This document shows positions 37,690 through 51,056 of a DNA stretch of 64,000 bases, piece by piece. Made by a program: the position numbers and the translations under genes. Under the pieces are notes generated by a model. That model worked only from the letters and a program-made list of their open reading frames with translations. It was not told the DNA's origin and did no database searches. The number at the start of each line of letters is the position of its first letter. Within the stretch, counting starts at the first letter, position 1. The DNA comes from Macrostomum lignano (lineage: Eukaryota), in contig NIVC01000657.1 in NCBI GenBank assembly GCA_002269645.1, forward strand, positions 62,001-126,000, in the 5' to 3' direction.

Positions 37690-39179
37690 CGTTAGGTATA
37701 TCCAAAGTCCGAGATGGCTAGGAGGGGACACTAAGGAATTTGAAAAGCAATAAATATGGAATTTGAATGAAAAAATAAAATTAAACGTTCACCAGATGTG
37801 GTTTGCATAGAAACTAACTTATTGTTATAGGTTAGAAACGAAAAGTACATTTTAAAAACTTTTTTTGCTTTAAACTGATTCTACACGACTAAATACTCAA
37901 TAGTTATTAGAAGAGGTTAGCATTAAAGACATTTTGTTAAAAATTTAGAATTTGAAATTTTCAACGTCCTTCGAAATTTTAAAGCACGTGTGTGAGCCGG
38001 ATTGTGAACTATAGCTTTGTGATTAATGGTGGTGTTAAATTAATTTTAAGTGTTAAGTTAAGTTAAGTTAATGGTGGTGTTTGCGCGATAGTATTAACTT
38101 ATTTTTTACTCTGACTTTTTATTTTCGTGGATTGGAATAGTTGTTTCTAAATCAAGCAAAATCATCAGTTCAAAATCTATAGTTGATAGGCCCTACAATG
38201 ATAGGCCTACGTGTCGTAATGTATTACATAGTCAGGTCACAGCACACAGCTTATCCTTTGCTTGCTATCAGTTGTCTAAATTTTATCACATGATGGCAAA
38301 AGTACTCCATTCATGCTATATATAGCCATATTTTTGCCAGATTACCCAGATAAATCAACTTCATAATGATTAGGCCTAGACATTTTTTGCTAGATTAGGC
38401 CTAGGCTTATTTAGCCATAGGCCTAGGCCAAAGCTGTGTCAGGCCTAACTTGACTTGTTTTAGGTCTATAGTAGAAAAAAAGACTCCTACATTATCTTTC
38501 TAGCATATAGACACTATAAACAAAAAGATTATAAATGTAGGCTAGGATAGAAAGTAACTATCTTATTGTTATTGTTTTCAATAGGAGGCAGACTCAATGT
38601 TCATCTTTTGATATGTTCCACCTTTTAAGTCTAATATAAGTAAGCTTGTAATTCTATTAAATATATTGACTATTGCCCTTTTGACTATCTTGTTACCTTT
38701 TTGATCTATTTGAAATTTTGGATAAGAACATTTTTTATGTAAATAAAAATGCAATGTCATTTTTATGCTAGGCCCATCATTAAAAAAATAAGGATGCACC
38801 TAAAATCAGTTTAAATATTGAAAATCAAGTAAAATACCCTAGTTTCTTTACCTTATCCTTTATACTATTGAGCCTATGATCTATAAAAGTTAAAAAGTCT
38901 AGATGCCATGATAATTTATTGCTAAAATTTTATAATACAATTGATAGGAATCTATGCAATTCAAAGAATCCCAATAATTCTAAAAGTAAATTGATACTTC
39001 AAATGAAATATATATGATAGAAAATATGCAACTTAAACCTAATAGCCATATAATGCAATTCATTTAAGATACTATGGTGGGTATTAATATGCAATTTATT
39101 GCTTTTAATTAACATTTTTGCTTACTGTATTTCAGATAGTTATTTAAATTATTCAAACCAACAATAACAAAGCCAAGTC

Positions 39180-42100
39180 ATGTCACTGATAGAGACCCTG
39201 AGCATACAGGGCATTCGCAGCTTTGAGCCAAGCCGGCCCCAAAAACTGGACTTCATCCGCCCAGTTACCCTGATAGTTGGCACCAATGGAGCTGGCAAGA
39301 CCACCATTATTGAGTGCTTGAAGTATGCCACCACTGGGGAATTACCGCCAGGTGCTAAAACCAATGGATCCTTTGTGCACGATCCCAAACTGACTGGGGA
39401 GGCTACTATTAGAGCTAAGGTTTGAATCAACAATATTCTCAATATCTCATGTCTACCTTTCAATAAACCTCTAATCTCATACCTATCTTTTAAACCTACT
39501 TCTTTTCGCATCTCTACTCGTACTTCTAATCTCATATCTCCTACTCTCTTATCTCACCTCTACTTCTCCTTTCATATTTACCTTTAAACCTACTTCTCAT
39601 CTCATTTCTACCTCTCAACGAACCTCTGATCTGATTTCTACCTTTTAAACTACTTATCTCATCTCTGCTTCTCATCTCATATCTACCTTTCACCCTATTT
39701 CTCATTTCATATCTAGCTTTTCGCCTCTTGTTAAGGGGAAACTTTTCACCCTTTTGCCCTCTCATCCATACCTTACCTTGAATTTCAATTGATTTTATCC
39801 GCATAACCAACGCTCAGGTCGGTATGAAAATGATTGACGTATTCAAGCAGCCAATGATGGTGACGCGGAGCCTGGAAGCCACGCAGAAGCAAAAGCAACG
39901 CAGCGTCACAGTTCGCACTATGGACGCCACTATTAAACGAGTTCTGCCCAGTGGTCAAGTTCAAAGTCTCAATCAGAAATGTACAAGCATTGACTCTGAG
40001 CTGGCGATAAGCTTGGGTGTGTCCAAACCTGTGCTGGAGTACGTTATTTTCTGCCATCAAGAAGAGTCAAACTGGCCGTTGATGGAGGGGAAGCTGGTTA
40101 AACAGCGATTCGATGAGATCTTTGCCAGTGCCAGGTGATTGTCTGATTGAATTTGAGTTTGGAGATTGGCTAGAGGAGATTAGGGATCTTTATTAGCCAG
40201 TGAGAATCTCTATTAATCTTTTCTTAAGAATCTCGACTTTAAAATCTAAACTTTGAAATCTCCCCGAGAATCTTCTTTCAATAATCTCCCATTAAAATTA
40301 AAATTTATCCTTCAGAATGTCACCCTGAGAATCTCTCCTCCTTGAGAATCTCTCCTTAAGAGTCTCATCTTGAGAATCTCTCCTTAAGAATCTCTCCTTG
40401 AGAATATCTCCTCCCTGAGAATTTCACCTTGAGAATCTCTCCTTGAGAATCTCTCCTTAAGAATCTCACCTTGAAAATCTCTCCCTTAAGAGTCTCACCT
40501 TGACAATCTCTCCTCCTTGAGAATCTCTCCTTAAGAGTCTCACCTTGAGAATCTCTCCTTCAGAGTCTCACCTTGAAAATCTCTCCTTCTTGAGAATCTC
40601 TCCTCCTTGAGAATCTCTCCTTGAGAATCTCTTTAAGAGTCTCATCTTGAGAATCTCTCCTTAAGAATCTCTCCTTGAGAATATCTCCTTAAGAGTCTCA
40701 CCTTGACAATCTCTTCTCCTTAAGAATCTCTCCTTAAGAGTCTCACCTTGAGAATCTCTCCTTCTTGAGAATCTCTCCTCCTTGAGAATCTCACCTTGAG
40801 AATCTCACCTTGAGAATCTCTCCTCCTTGAGAATCTCTCCTCCTTGAGAATCTCTTTAAGAGTATCATCTTGAGAATCTCTCCTTAAGAATCTCTCCTTG
40901 AGAATATCTCCTTAAGAGTCTCACCTTGAGAATCTCTCCTCCTTGAGAATCTCTCCTTAAGAGTCTCACCTTGAGAATCTCTCCTCCTTGAGAATCTCTC
41001 CTTAAGAGTCTCACCTTGAGAATCTCTCCTTCTTGAGAATCTCTCCTCCTTGAGAATCTCTCCTTGAGAATTTCTTTAAGAGTCTCATCTTGAGAATCTC
41101 TCCTCCTTGAGAATCTCTCCTTGAGAATTTCTTTAAGAGTCTCATCTTGAGAATCTCTCCTTAAGAATCTCTCCTTGAGAATATCTCCTTAAGAGTCTCA
41201 CCTTGAGAATCTCTCCTTGAGAATCTCTCCTCCTTGAGAATCTCTTCTTGAAAATCTCTCCTTAAAAGTCTCACCTTGAGAATCTCTCCTTGAGAATATC
41301 TCCTCCCTGAGAATCTCACCTTGAGAATCTCACCTTGAGAATCTCACCTTAAGAGTCTCACCTTGAGAATCTCTCCTTGAGAATCTCTCCTAAAGAGTCT
41401 CACCTTGAGAATCTCACCTTGAGAATCTCTCCTAAAGAGTCTGACCTTGAGAATCTCACCTTGAGAATCTCTCCTTAAGAGTCTCACCTTGAGAATCTCA
41501 CCTCTTTGAGAATCTCTCCTTAAGAGTCTCAACTTGAGAATCTCACCTCCTTGTAAATCTCTCCTTAAGAATCTCACCTTGAGAATCTCTCCTTAAGAGT
41601 CTCACCTTGATAATCTTACCTCCTTGAGAATCTCTCCTTAAGAGTCTCACCTTGAGAACTCTCCTTTCACTCTGAGAATCTCACTCTGAGAATCATCATG
41701 ATACTCGTTTTATTGTATGTCAGCTTCGTAGTCCCGGCCTGAAAATCGCATATACACATATTACCCTTTCTCAGATACGTAAAAGCGCTAGAAGAAGTCC
41801 GCGGCCTGAAGAAGATTTATGATCAGCAGGTGAAATCAACAGACGCCGAATTGGCTCACCTTCGCCAGGTGAAAGAGGAGGCCGATTCCAAGTCGCGCGA
41901 TCTAGCGGAGAAAAAAGTTCGTCTGTCTGCCTACGAAGAGGAGAAGCGCAAAGTGACGGAACGCTTGGAGCCTTTAGAAGCAGCTTTGGCCAAATATGAG
42001 GAACAATTGGAGCAGGTTAATCGACTGCAGGTGAGCTCTCTGACAAATTGATCAATTTTATGAGCTTAGGTCATGATAATGCTGAGGCTGTTAGAGAGGA

Positions 42101-45100
42101 ATGAACGAATGTAGGAAGTTTTACTCAATACTGACTCTTCGAATATGCAGGGTGTCGGTGGATTTGGTAGGGTGTTAGTGGATATTGTAGGGTGTTAGTG
42201 GATATTGTAGGGTGTTAGTGGATATTGTAGGGTGTTAGTGGATATTGTAGGGTGTTAGTGGATATTGTAGGGTGTTAGTGGATATTGTAGGGTGTTAGTG
42301 GATATTGTAGGGTGTCAGAGGATATTGTAGGGTGTCAGAGTATATTTTGGGGTGTCAGTGGATATTGTTGGGTGTCAGAGGATATTGTAGGGTGTCAGAG
42401 TATATTTTGGGGTGTCAGTGGATATTGTTGGGTGTCAGTGGATATTGTAGGGTGTCAGAGGATATTGCAGGGTGTCAGTGGATATTTTAGGGTGTCAGTG
42501 GATATTTTAGGGTGTCAGTGGATATTGTAGGGTGTCAGTGGATATTGTAGAGTGTCAGTGGATATTTTTGGGTGTCAGAGGATATTGCAGGGTGTCAGAG
42601 AATATTGCAGGGTGTCAGAGGATATTGCAGGGTGTCAGAGGATATTGCAGGGTGTCAGAGGATATTGCAGGGTGTCAGAGGATAGTATAGGGTGTCAAAG
42701 GATATTGAAGGGTGTCTTTGGATATTGAAGGGTGTCAGAGGATATTGCAGGGTGTCAGAGGATAGTATAGGGTGTCAAAGGATATTGAAGGGTGTCAGAG
42801 GATATTGCAGGGTGTCAGAGGATATTGAAGGGTGTCTTTGGATATTGAAGGGTATCCACTGTCTTTGGATATTGTAGGGAGTCAGTGGATATTGTAGGGT
42901 GTCAGTGGATATTGCAGGGTGTCAGAGGATATTGCAGGGTGTCAGACAATATTGTAGAATGTCAGGATATTGTAGGGTGTCAGAGGATATTGTAGGATGT
43001 CAGAGGATATTTTAGGGTGTCAGGATATTGTAGGGTGTCAGAAGATATTGTAGGGTGTCAGAGGATATTGCAGGGTGTCAGAGGATATTGCAGGGTGTCA
43101 GAGGATATTGCAGGGTGTCAGAGGATATTGCAGGGTGTCAGAGGATATTGCAGGGTGTCAGAGGATACCGTAGGGTGTCAGTGGATATTGTTGGGTGTCA
43201 GTAGATATTGTAGGGTGTCAGAGATACTTGACTTGTCCCCCTCAGGCCCAGCTGGACTCCGGCAGAGAGCAGCGCAGCAGTCTTGCCCGCGACATCGAGG
43301 AGCAACGCTCGGGCATTGATTCGCTATTCGAAGGCGATGATGAAGCATTAGAAACTCGACTAGCCAGTGTTGCTAAGGAAGACGCCGAACTTGACTCGCG
43401 TCTGGCTAAGCTGCGCCGCGATCTGGACTCGGCTCGAGCGTCAGAGTCGGCTCTGGAGGCGCAGGCGCAGGCCTTGGCTGTTGAACTGGGCCGCCTGCAG
43501 CAGGAGCGGGACAGGGCCGAGGCGGTGGGGCGCGAGGCCCAGGCTCTGGCTAGCCGGCTGGCTGACAAACTGGCCGACGAGGCGGCCACTGAGCAGAGTG
43601 GCGATGGCGAAGATGCTGAGGCTGAGTTCGATGAGCCAGATGGACTGTCGGCTGGGGATAAAGGTGGGGAAGAATTCTGTCTGACCAAATTTGTGTAGAA
43701 TTCTCCACAAACTCACCTGTAGAATTCTCCCCAATCTCACCTGTAGAATTCTCCCCAATCTCACCTGTAGAATTCTCCCCAATCTCACCTGTAGAATTCT
43801 CCCCAATCTCACCTGTAGAATTCTTCCCGATCTCACCTGTAGAATCCTCCCCAATCTCACCTGTAGAATTCTCCCCGATCTCACTTGTAGAATTCTCCCC
43901 AATCTCACCTGTAGAATTCTCCCCGATCTCACCTGTAGAATTCTCCCCAATCTCACCTGTAGAATTCTCCCCGATCTCACCTGTAGAATTCTCCCCGATC
44001 TCACCTGTAGAATTCTCCCCAATCTCACCTGTAGAATTCTCTCAAATGTCACCTGTAGAATTCTCCCCAATCTCACCTGTAGAATTCTCCCCAATCTCAC
44101 CTGTAGAATTCTCTCAAATGTCACCTGTAGAATTCTCTCAAATGTCACCTGTAGAATTCTCCCCATGCTACCTGTAAAATTCTCCCAATCCCACCTGTAG
44201 AATCCTCGCCAATCTTACCTGTAGAATTCTCCCCAATAATCAATATCATCTGTCAGAATGCATCTCATCTCAGCTGTAGAATGCATCTTATCTCACCTGT
44301 ACAATGCATCTTATCTCCATCTCGCCCTGATCCGCTCTCGCTAGGCTCCGTAGACGCAGTCCTTCGCCGTCTGGACGCGCACACACGCCGTCTGGACGCT
44401 CGCCGTCGCCGCCTAGAAGAAGCGGCTGCGGGCGTCCTCGCCGACGTTGAGCGTCGACTTGCCGTCGCCAACGACGATCGGAGCCGGGCCAAGCAGCGAA
44501 TCGAATTCGCCATGTCTCAGGCTGCCCAGTCCACCAGCCGAGCCAAGACTCTGCGCTCCGAAGCTGCCGAGGCGGAACGAGCTGCCGGCCGATTGGGGAA
44601 TCTGCGGGCTCGATTAGCTAAAGCGGAGGCTGAACTGGCTGAGGCTGAGACCGGAACTGATGCTGACGGGGATCGGCGCAGATTGGCTGAGGCGCAGGTG
44701 CGCGCTAGAATTCCATTATCCCAAAATCCCCAGATCCAATTTTTAATACCCTTATCCCCAATCCCGAGATCGAATTTCAATCCCTTTTCCCAAATCCCCA
44801 GGTCACATTTTCAATCCCCTTATCCCAAATCCCCAGGTCACATTTTCAATCCCCTTATCCCAAATCCCCAGCTCACATTTTCAATCCCCTTATCCCAAAT
44901 CCCCAGGTCACATTTTCAATCCCCTTATCCCAAATCCCCAGCTCACATTTTCAATATCCTTATCCCAAATCCCCAGGTCACATTTTCAATCCCCTTATCC
45001 CAAATCCCCAGGTCACATTTTCAATCCCCTTATCCCAAATCCCCAGCTCACATTTTCAATCCCCTTATCCCAAATCCCCAGGTCACATTTTCAATCCCCT

Positions 45101-48100
45101 TATCCCAAATCCCCAGCTCACATTTTCAATCCCCTTATCCATAATCCCCAGGTCACATTTTCAATCCCCTTATCCCAAATCCCCAGCTCACATTTTCAAT
45201 CCCCTTATCCATAATCCCCAGCTCACACTTTCAATCCCCTTATCCCAAATCCCCAGGTCACATTTTCAATCCCCTTATCCCAAATCCCCAGCTCACATTT
45301 TCAATCCCCTTATCCATAATCCCCAGGTCACATTTTCAATCCCCTTATCCCAAATCCCCAGCTCACATTTTCAATCCCCTTATCCATAATCCCCAGGTCA
45401 CATTTTCAATCCCCTTATCCCAAATCCCCAGGTCACATTTTCAATCCCCTTATCCCAAATCCCCAGCTCACATTTTCAATCCCCTTATCCATAATCCCCA
45501 GGTCACATTTTCAATCCCCTTATCCCAAATCCCAAAATCTCATGTTCAATCCCCTTATCCCTAATCCGGAGATCCCATCTTCAACCCCCTTATTCCAAAT
45601 CATAATCATAAAAAAAGATTCTCAATCTCCTTATCTTGAGTGAGTCTCTACTTTTCACATAAATTTCTATCATTACTTTTTATAAGCTTAAAATGACAGA
45701 ACCGATAAACCCGCGCCCCTCCTAGTCGCTAATTGACTCCCACCAATCCGAGCTGGACTCGTTGGATTCGCGCATTGAAGCCGCTGTGCGAGGCGCGGCC
45801 GCTCGAGCCGAAACTGCCGCCGTTAGAAAGGAACTGACGGCCAAGACTGCCCAGTTGGAACGATTGCGCAATCGTCACGGAGACGAACTGGCCGAGGTGA
45901 GGGCTGTGTAATTATAGTGTAAATTTATTGTATTTACTCGTAGTTAAGATTCAGCTAAAATTCTTTTAACTTGAAGATTTTGGACAGAATCAAATTTGGA
46001 ATTTCGGACAGTAGCTGGGAAATAGTGATTTTGGACAGCCGTTAACTGATATTTCGGACAGTATTTAACTGATATTTCGGACAGTAGTTAACATATATTT
46101 TGGACAGTAGTTAACATATTTTTCGGACAGTAGTTAACAGAGATTTCGGACAGTAGTTAACATATTTTTCGGACAGTAGTTAACTGAGATTTCGGACAGT
46201 AGTTAACTGATATTTCGGACATTATTTAACTGATATTTCGGACATTATTTAACTGATATTTCGGACATTATTTAACAGAGATTTCGGACAGTAGTTAACA
46301 TATATTTCGGACAGTAGTTAACTGAGATTTCGGACAGTAGTTAACTGATATTTCGGACAGTAGTTAACTGATATTTCGGACAGTAGTTAACTGATATTTC
46401 GGACATTATTTAACTGAGATTTCGGACAGTAGTTAACGTATATTTCGGACAGTAGTTAACTGAGATTTCGGACACTAAGGGAAGAAGATTTCGTATATTA
46501 ATGCTTGTTGTATTTCGGACAGGAAGGGAAAAGCAAATTTCCGAGCAACTTCCCAATGCACTTTTTCCCATAACTCGCATCCCATTTATCCAGTTGCTGG
46601 GCTCGCCGGTGCCACAGTTATCTTCAAGCGCCGCTACTCAACTTAAGCGCCGTTTTCTCGACCTACAATCAACTGCCGAGAGAGAGTCGCGCTCGGCCGA
46701 AACTGCTCTAGCCGAGCGGCGCTGCGATCGCGGCCGAATTGAGACCGAGCTGAGCCACCTGCGCGAGCAGAAACGCCGATTGGATGCCGACAGGCGCTCG
46801 TTGGAGGAGCGACTTATCAACGCCTGCGGCGGCGGCGACGCTGAATCGGCGGCTACCGCCGTGGCCGAAGCTGAAGAGCGCCGGGCCAAAGCTGAGGATG
46901 AGAAAGCGCTGCTGCAGGGCGAGCTGCACGTGTATCGGGCGTTTTTGGAGAAGTGAGTCTTTCTTTATTTTCTGCTTCTGGCGCCTCAGCATCCCTATGA
47001 AGCCTCAGCATCCCTATGAGGCCTCCGCATCCTTATGAGGCCTCCGCATACCTATGAAGCCTCAGCATCCCTATGAAGCCTCAGCATCCCCATGAAGCCT
47101 CAGCATCCCTATGAAGCCTCAGCATCCCTATGAAGCCTCAGCATCCCTATGAAGCCTCAGTATCCCTATGAAGCCTCAGCATCCCTATGAAGCCTCAGTA
47201 TCCCTATGAAGCCTCAGCATCCCTATGAGGCCTCCGCATCCTTATGAGGCCTCCGCATCCCTATGAGGCCTCCGCATCCTTATGAGGCCTCCGCATCCCT
47301 ATGAGGCCTCCGCATCCTTATGAGGCCTCCGCATCCCTATGAGGCCTCCGCATCCTTATGAGGCCTCCGCATCCCTATGAAGCCTCCGCTTCCCTGTGGC
47401 ACCTCAGCATCTCCCTGTGGCATCTCAGCATCTCCCTGTAGCACCTCAGCATCTCCCTGTGGCACCTCAGCATCTCCCTTTGGCACCTCAGCATCTCCCT
47501 TTGGCACCTCAGCATCTCCCTTTGGCACCTCAGCATCTCCCTTTGGCACCTCAGCATCTCCCTGTGGCATCTCAGCATCTCCCTGTGGCACCTCAGCATC
47601 TCCCTTTGGCACCTCAGCATCTCCCTGTGGCATCTCAGCATCTCCCTTTGGCACCTCAGCATCTCCCTGTGGCACCTCAGCATCTCCCTTTAGCACCTCA
47701 GCATCTCCCTTTGGCACCTCAGCATCTCCCTTTGGCACCTCAGCATCTCCCTGTGGCACCTCAGCATCTCCCTGTGGCACCTCAGCATCTCCCTTTGGCA
47801 CCTCAGCATCTCCCTGTGGCATCTCAGCATCTCCCTTTGGCACCTCAGCATCTCCCTTTGGCACCTCAGCATCTCCCTTTGGCACCTCAGCATCTCCCTG
47901 TGGCACCTCAGCATCTCCCTTTGGCACCTCAGCATCTCCCTTTGGCACCTCAGCATCTCCCTTTGGCACCTCAGCATCTCCCTTTGGCACCTCAGCATCT
48001 CCCTGTGGCACCTCAGCATCTCCCTTTGGCACCTCAGCATCTGCCTTCATCGTTTCAGTATCTCTCATTCCAAGAACAAACGATACCTTAACTCAAATAA

Positions 48101-49973
48101 AGCCATCCTCATCCTCACAAAGCATCCCCAACACAACCCCAGAGTCCGTTCCAAACCTGCCGCTCAAGCCGCCTGCGCCCTGTGCGATCGGCGTTTCGCC
48201 GGCTCAGCAGAGGTGCGCGATCACATCGACCGGCTGGAGCGCCTCGCCGAGCGGCTGCCAAGTCGACTTCGCGATGCCGAAGCGGCCGCCGCCGAAGCCG
48301 CCACCCACTGCGAGGAGCTCCTGCTGATGCGCCCGGTGGTTGAACGCCTGGCCGAGCTGTCCAACGTTGAGGCGCCAAAACTGTCTGAGAAACTCAGCGC
48401 CACCGAGTCGCGCCTAGCCGAGTCTCGACGCGCAATCGCCGAACTGGAGAAGCTAGCGGTTGAACGGCGCCAGATTAGCGCCAGATGTCAGGCGCTAGAA
48501 TCGGACGTGCGCGCTATGGAAAGTCTGGCGCTAGAAGCCGACGGACTCGCCGAACGATGCCGCGTTAGTGACAACGGCGACGATCAGGGCGACGGCGAGG
48601 GCGACGGTCTGGCGGCTCTGCAGGACAGCCGGCGCAAAGTGAAAGCCGCCTACGATGCCGCTTCGGCTGAGGCGCGCTCGGCGCGTCAAGCTGCCGAACA
48701 GCGCGCAGAACGGCGCCAATCGGCGCTCGAATCGGTGAACAAATTGCGCTCCGAGCGGCTGACAGCCGAGGAGAAGCTTCGAGATGCGGCCAGGCTGACT
48801 CAGGTAAGAGAGAGAGAACTAGTCAAATAATTATCTCCCTCAGACAAGCCTGATCTTCTCACCTCCCCTCACATAATTCTCCTCATTTGATTTGATTCCC
48901 TTTAGATAATTCCCTTCATAATCCTCCCCACGTTATTCCCCTCGCGTAATTCCCTGCTCATACATTAATTCATCTCATTCTTCCCCTGAAGTAGTTTCCC
49001 TCATGTAGTTCCCTTAACGTAATACTCCTCTAGTAATTCCCTTCGGCTTCACATAATATCTCTTTAGTAATTACCTTCACAAAATACCCCTCTAGTGATT
49101 CCTTTTACACAATCCCCCTCTAGTAATTCCCTTCACATAATACCCCATAGTAATTCCTTACACTTATTATCGCCTCCTGTAATTTCCCCTGATATTCTTC
49201 ACCTGAAGTAATTCCCCTCACGTAACTCCCTTGACATAATATTCCTCTAGTAATTACCCAAATTAAATTACCATACCCATGCTAAACCTTTCCCTACCCA
49301 CCGGCTGCCGCAGGAGGCATCCCGGCTGGAGGCCGAATCAACCGAGGCTTCGTCCCGCGCCGAAGCCGATGGCCGCACGGTGGTGCCCCGACTCGAAGCC
49401 GCCGTGGCCGAACTCGAGGCCGAGCGCGACCAGCTCCGCCGACAGCAGCGCCATGAAGCTGCCGCCGCGTCAGCTGCTTGGGAGGCGGCCGCCACCGACC
49501 GGTCCCGGCTGGAGGCGCTTCGTCGCGAGGCCGCTTCGGCCGGCGCCGACGGGGAAGCCGTGCGCCGTCTCGAGCAGCAGACTCGGCGCCAGGCTGGCCT
49601 GGCCGCTTCCAGGGAGGCTGCCGCAGCCCAGGCGGCGCGACTAGCCGAGCTGCTCGACTCTGAACGGCGCGCCAAGTATGCGCGCGACGCCGAGCGCAAA
49701 GATCTGGAAGCTTGCCGGCGAGTGCGCCAGCTGGAGGCCCGCCTGTCCTGTCTGGACGCCGAGCTGACGGCCCAGACGGCGCAGCTTGCGGCGCTCAACA
49801 TCGGCGCCGATGCCAGGCTGCGCTATCCGCGAATGCGGCGCGAGGAGGAGGCGCTGCGCGAGGAGCGAAGCCGCCTGGAGACCCGGCGCTGCGAGCTGAA
49901 CGGCCAGGTGCGCGAGCTGGAGAAAGACCTGGATAAAGAGCTGTTTAGATCGGCCGGCGAGAAGTACCAGGTA

Positions 49974-50068
<95 letters not shown>

Positions 50069-50132
50069 ATGTCTGTGTCTGTCTGTCTGTGTGTCCGTCT
50101 GTCTGTCTGTCTGTCTGTCTGTCTGTGTGTCC

Positions 50133-50194
<62 letters not shown>

Positions 50195-50224
50195 GTGTGT
50201 CTGTGTCTGTCTGTCTGTGTGTCC

Positions 50225-50282
<58 letters not shown>

Positions 50283-50375
50283 GTGTGTGTCTGTCTGTCT
50301 GTGTCTGTCTGTCTGCCTGTCTGTCTGTCTGTGTCTGTCTGTCTGCCTGTCTGTCTGTCTGTCTGTCTGTCTGCC

Positions 50376-50408
<33 letters not shown>

Positions 50409-50458
50409 GCCTGTCTGTCTGTCTGTCTGTATGTCTGTGTCTGTCTGTCTGTGTGTCC

Positions 50459-50526
<68 letters not shown>

Positions 50527-50545
50527 GCCTGTCTGCCTGCCTGCC

Positions 50546-50590
<45 letters not shown>

Positions 50591-50591
50591 T

Positions 50592-50634
<43 letters not shown>

Positions 50635-50771
50635 GTCTGTCTGTCTGCCTGTCTGTCTGTCTGTGTCTGTCTGTCTGCCTGTCTGTCTGTCTGTCTGTCT
50701 GTCTGCCTGTCTGTCTGCCTGTCTGTCTGTCTGTCTGTCTGTCTGTGTGTCTGTCTGTATGTCTGTCTGTG

Positions 50772-50820
<49 letters not shown>

Positions 50821-50831
50821 GCCTGTCTGCC

Positions 50832-50866
<35 letters not shown>

Positions 50867-50894
50867 ATGTCTGTGTCTGTCTGTCTGTGTGTCC

Positions 50895-50940
<46 letters not shown>

Positions 50941-50970
50941 GTGTGTCTGTGTCTGTCTGTCTGTGTGTCC

Positions 50971-51056
<86 letters not shown>

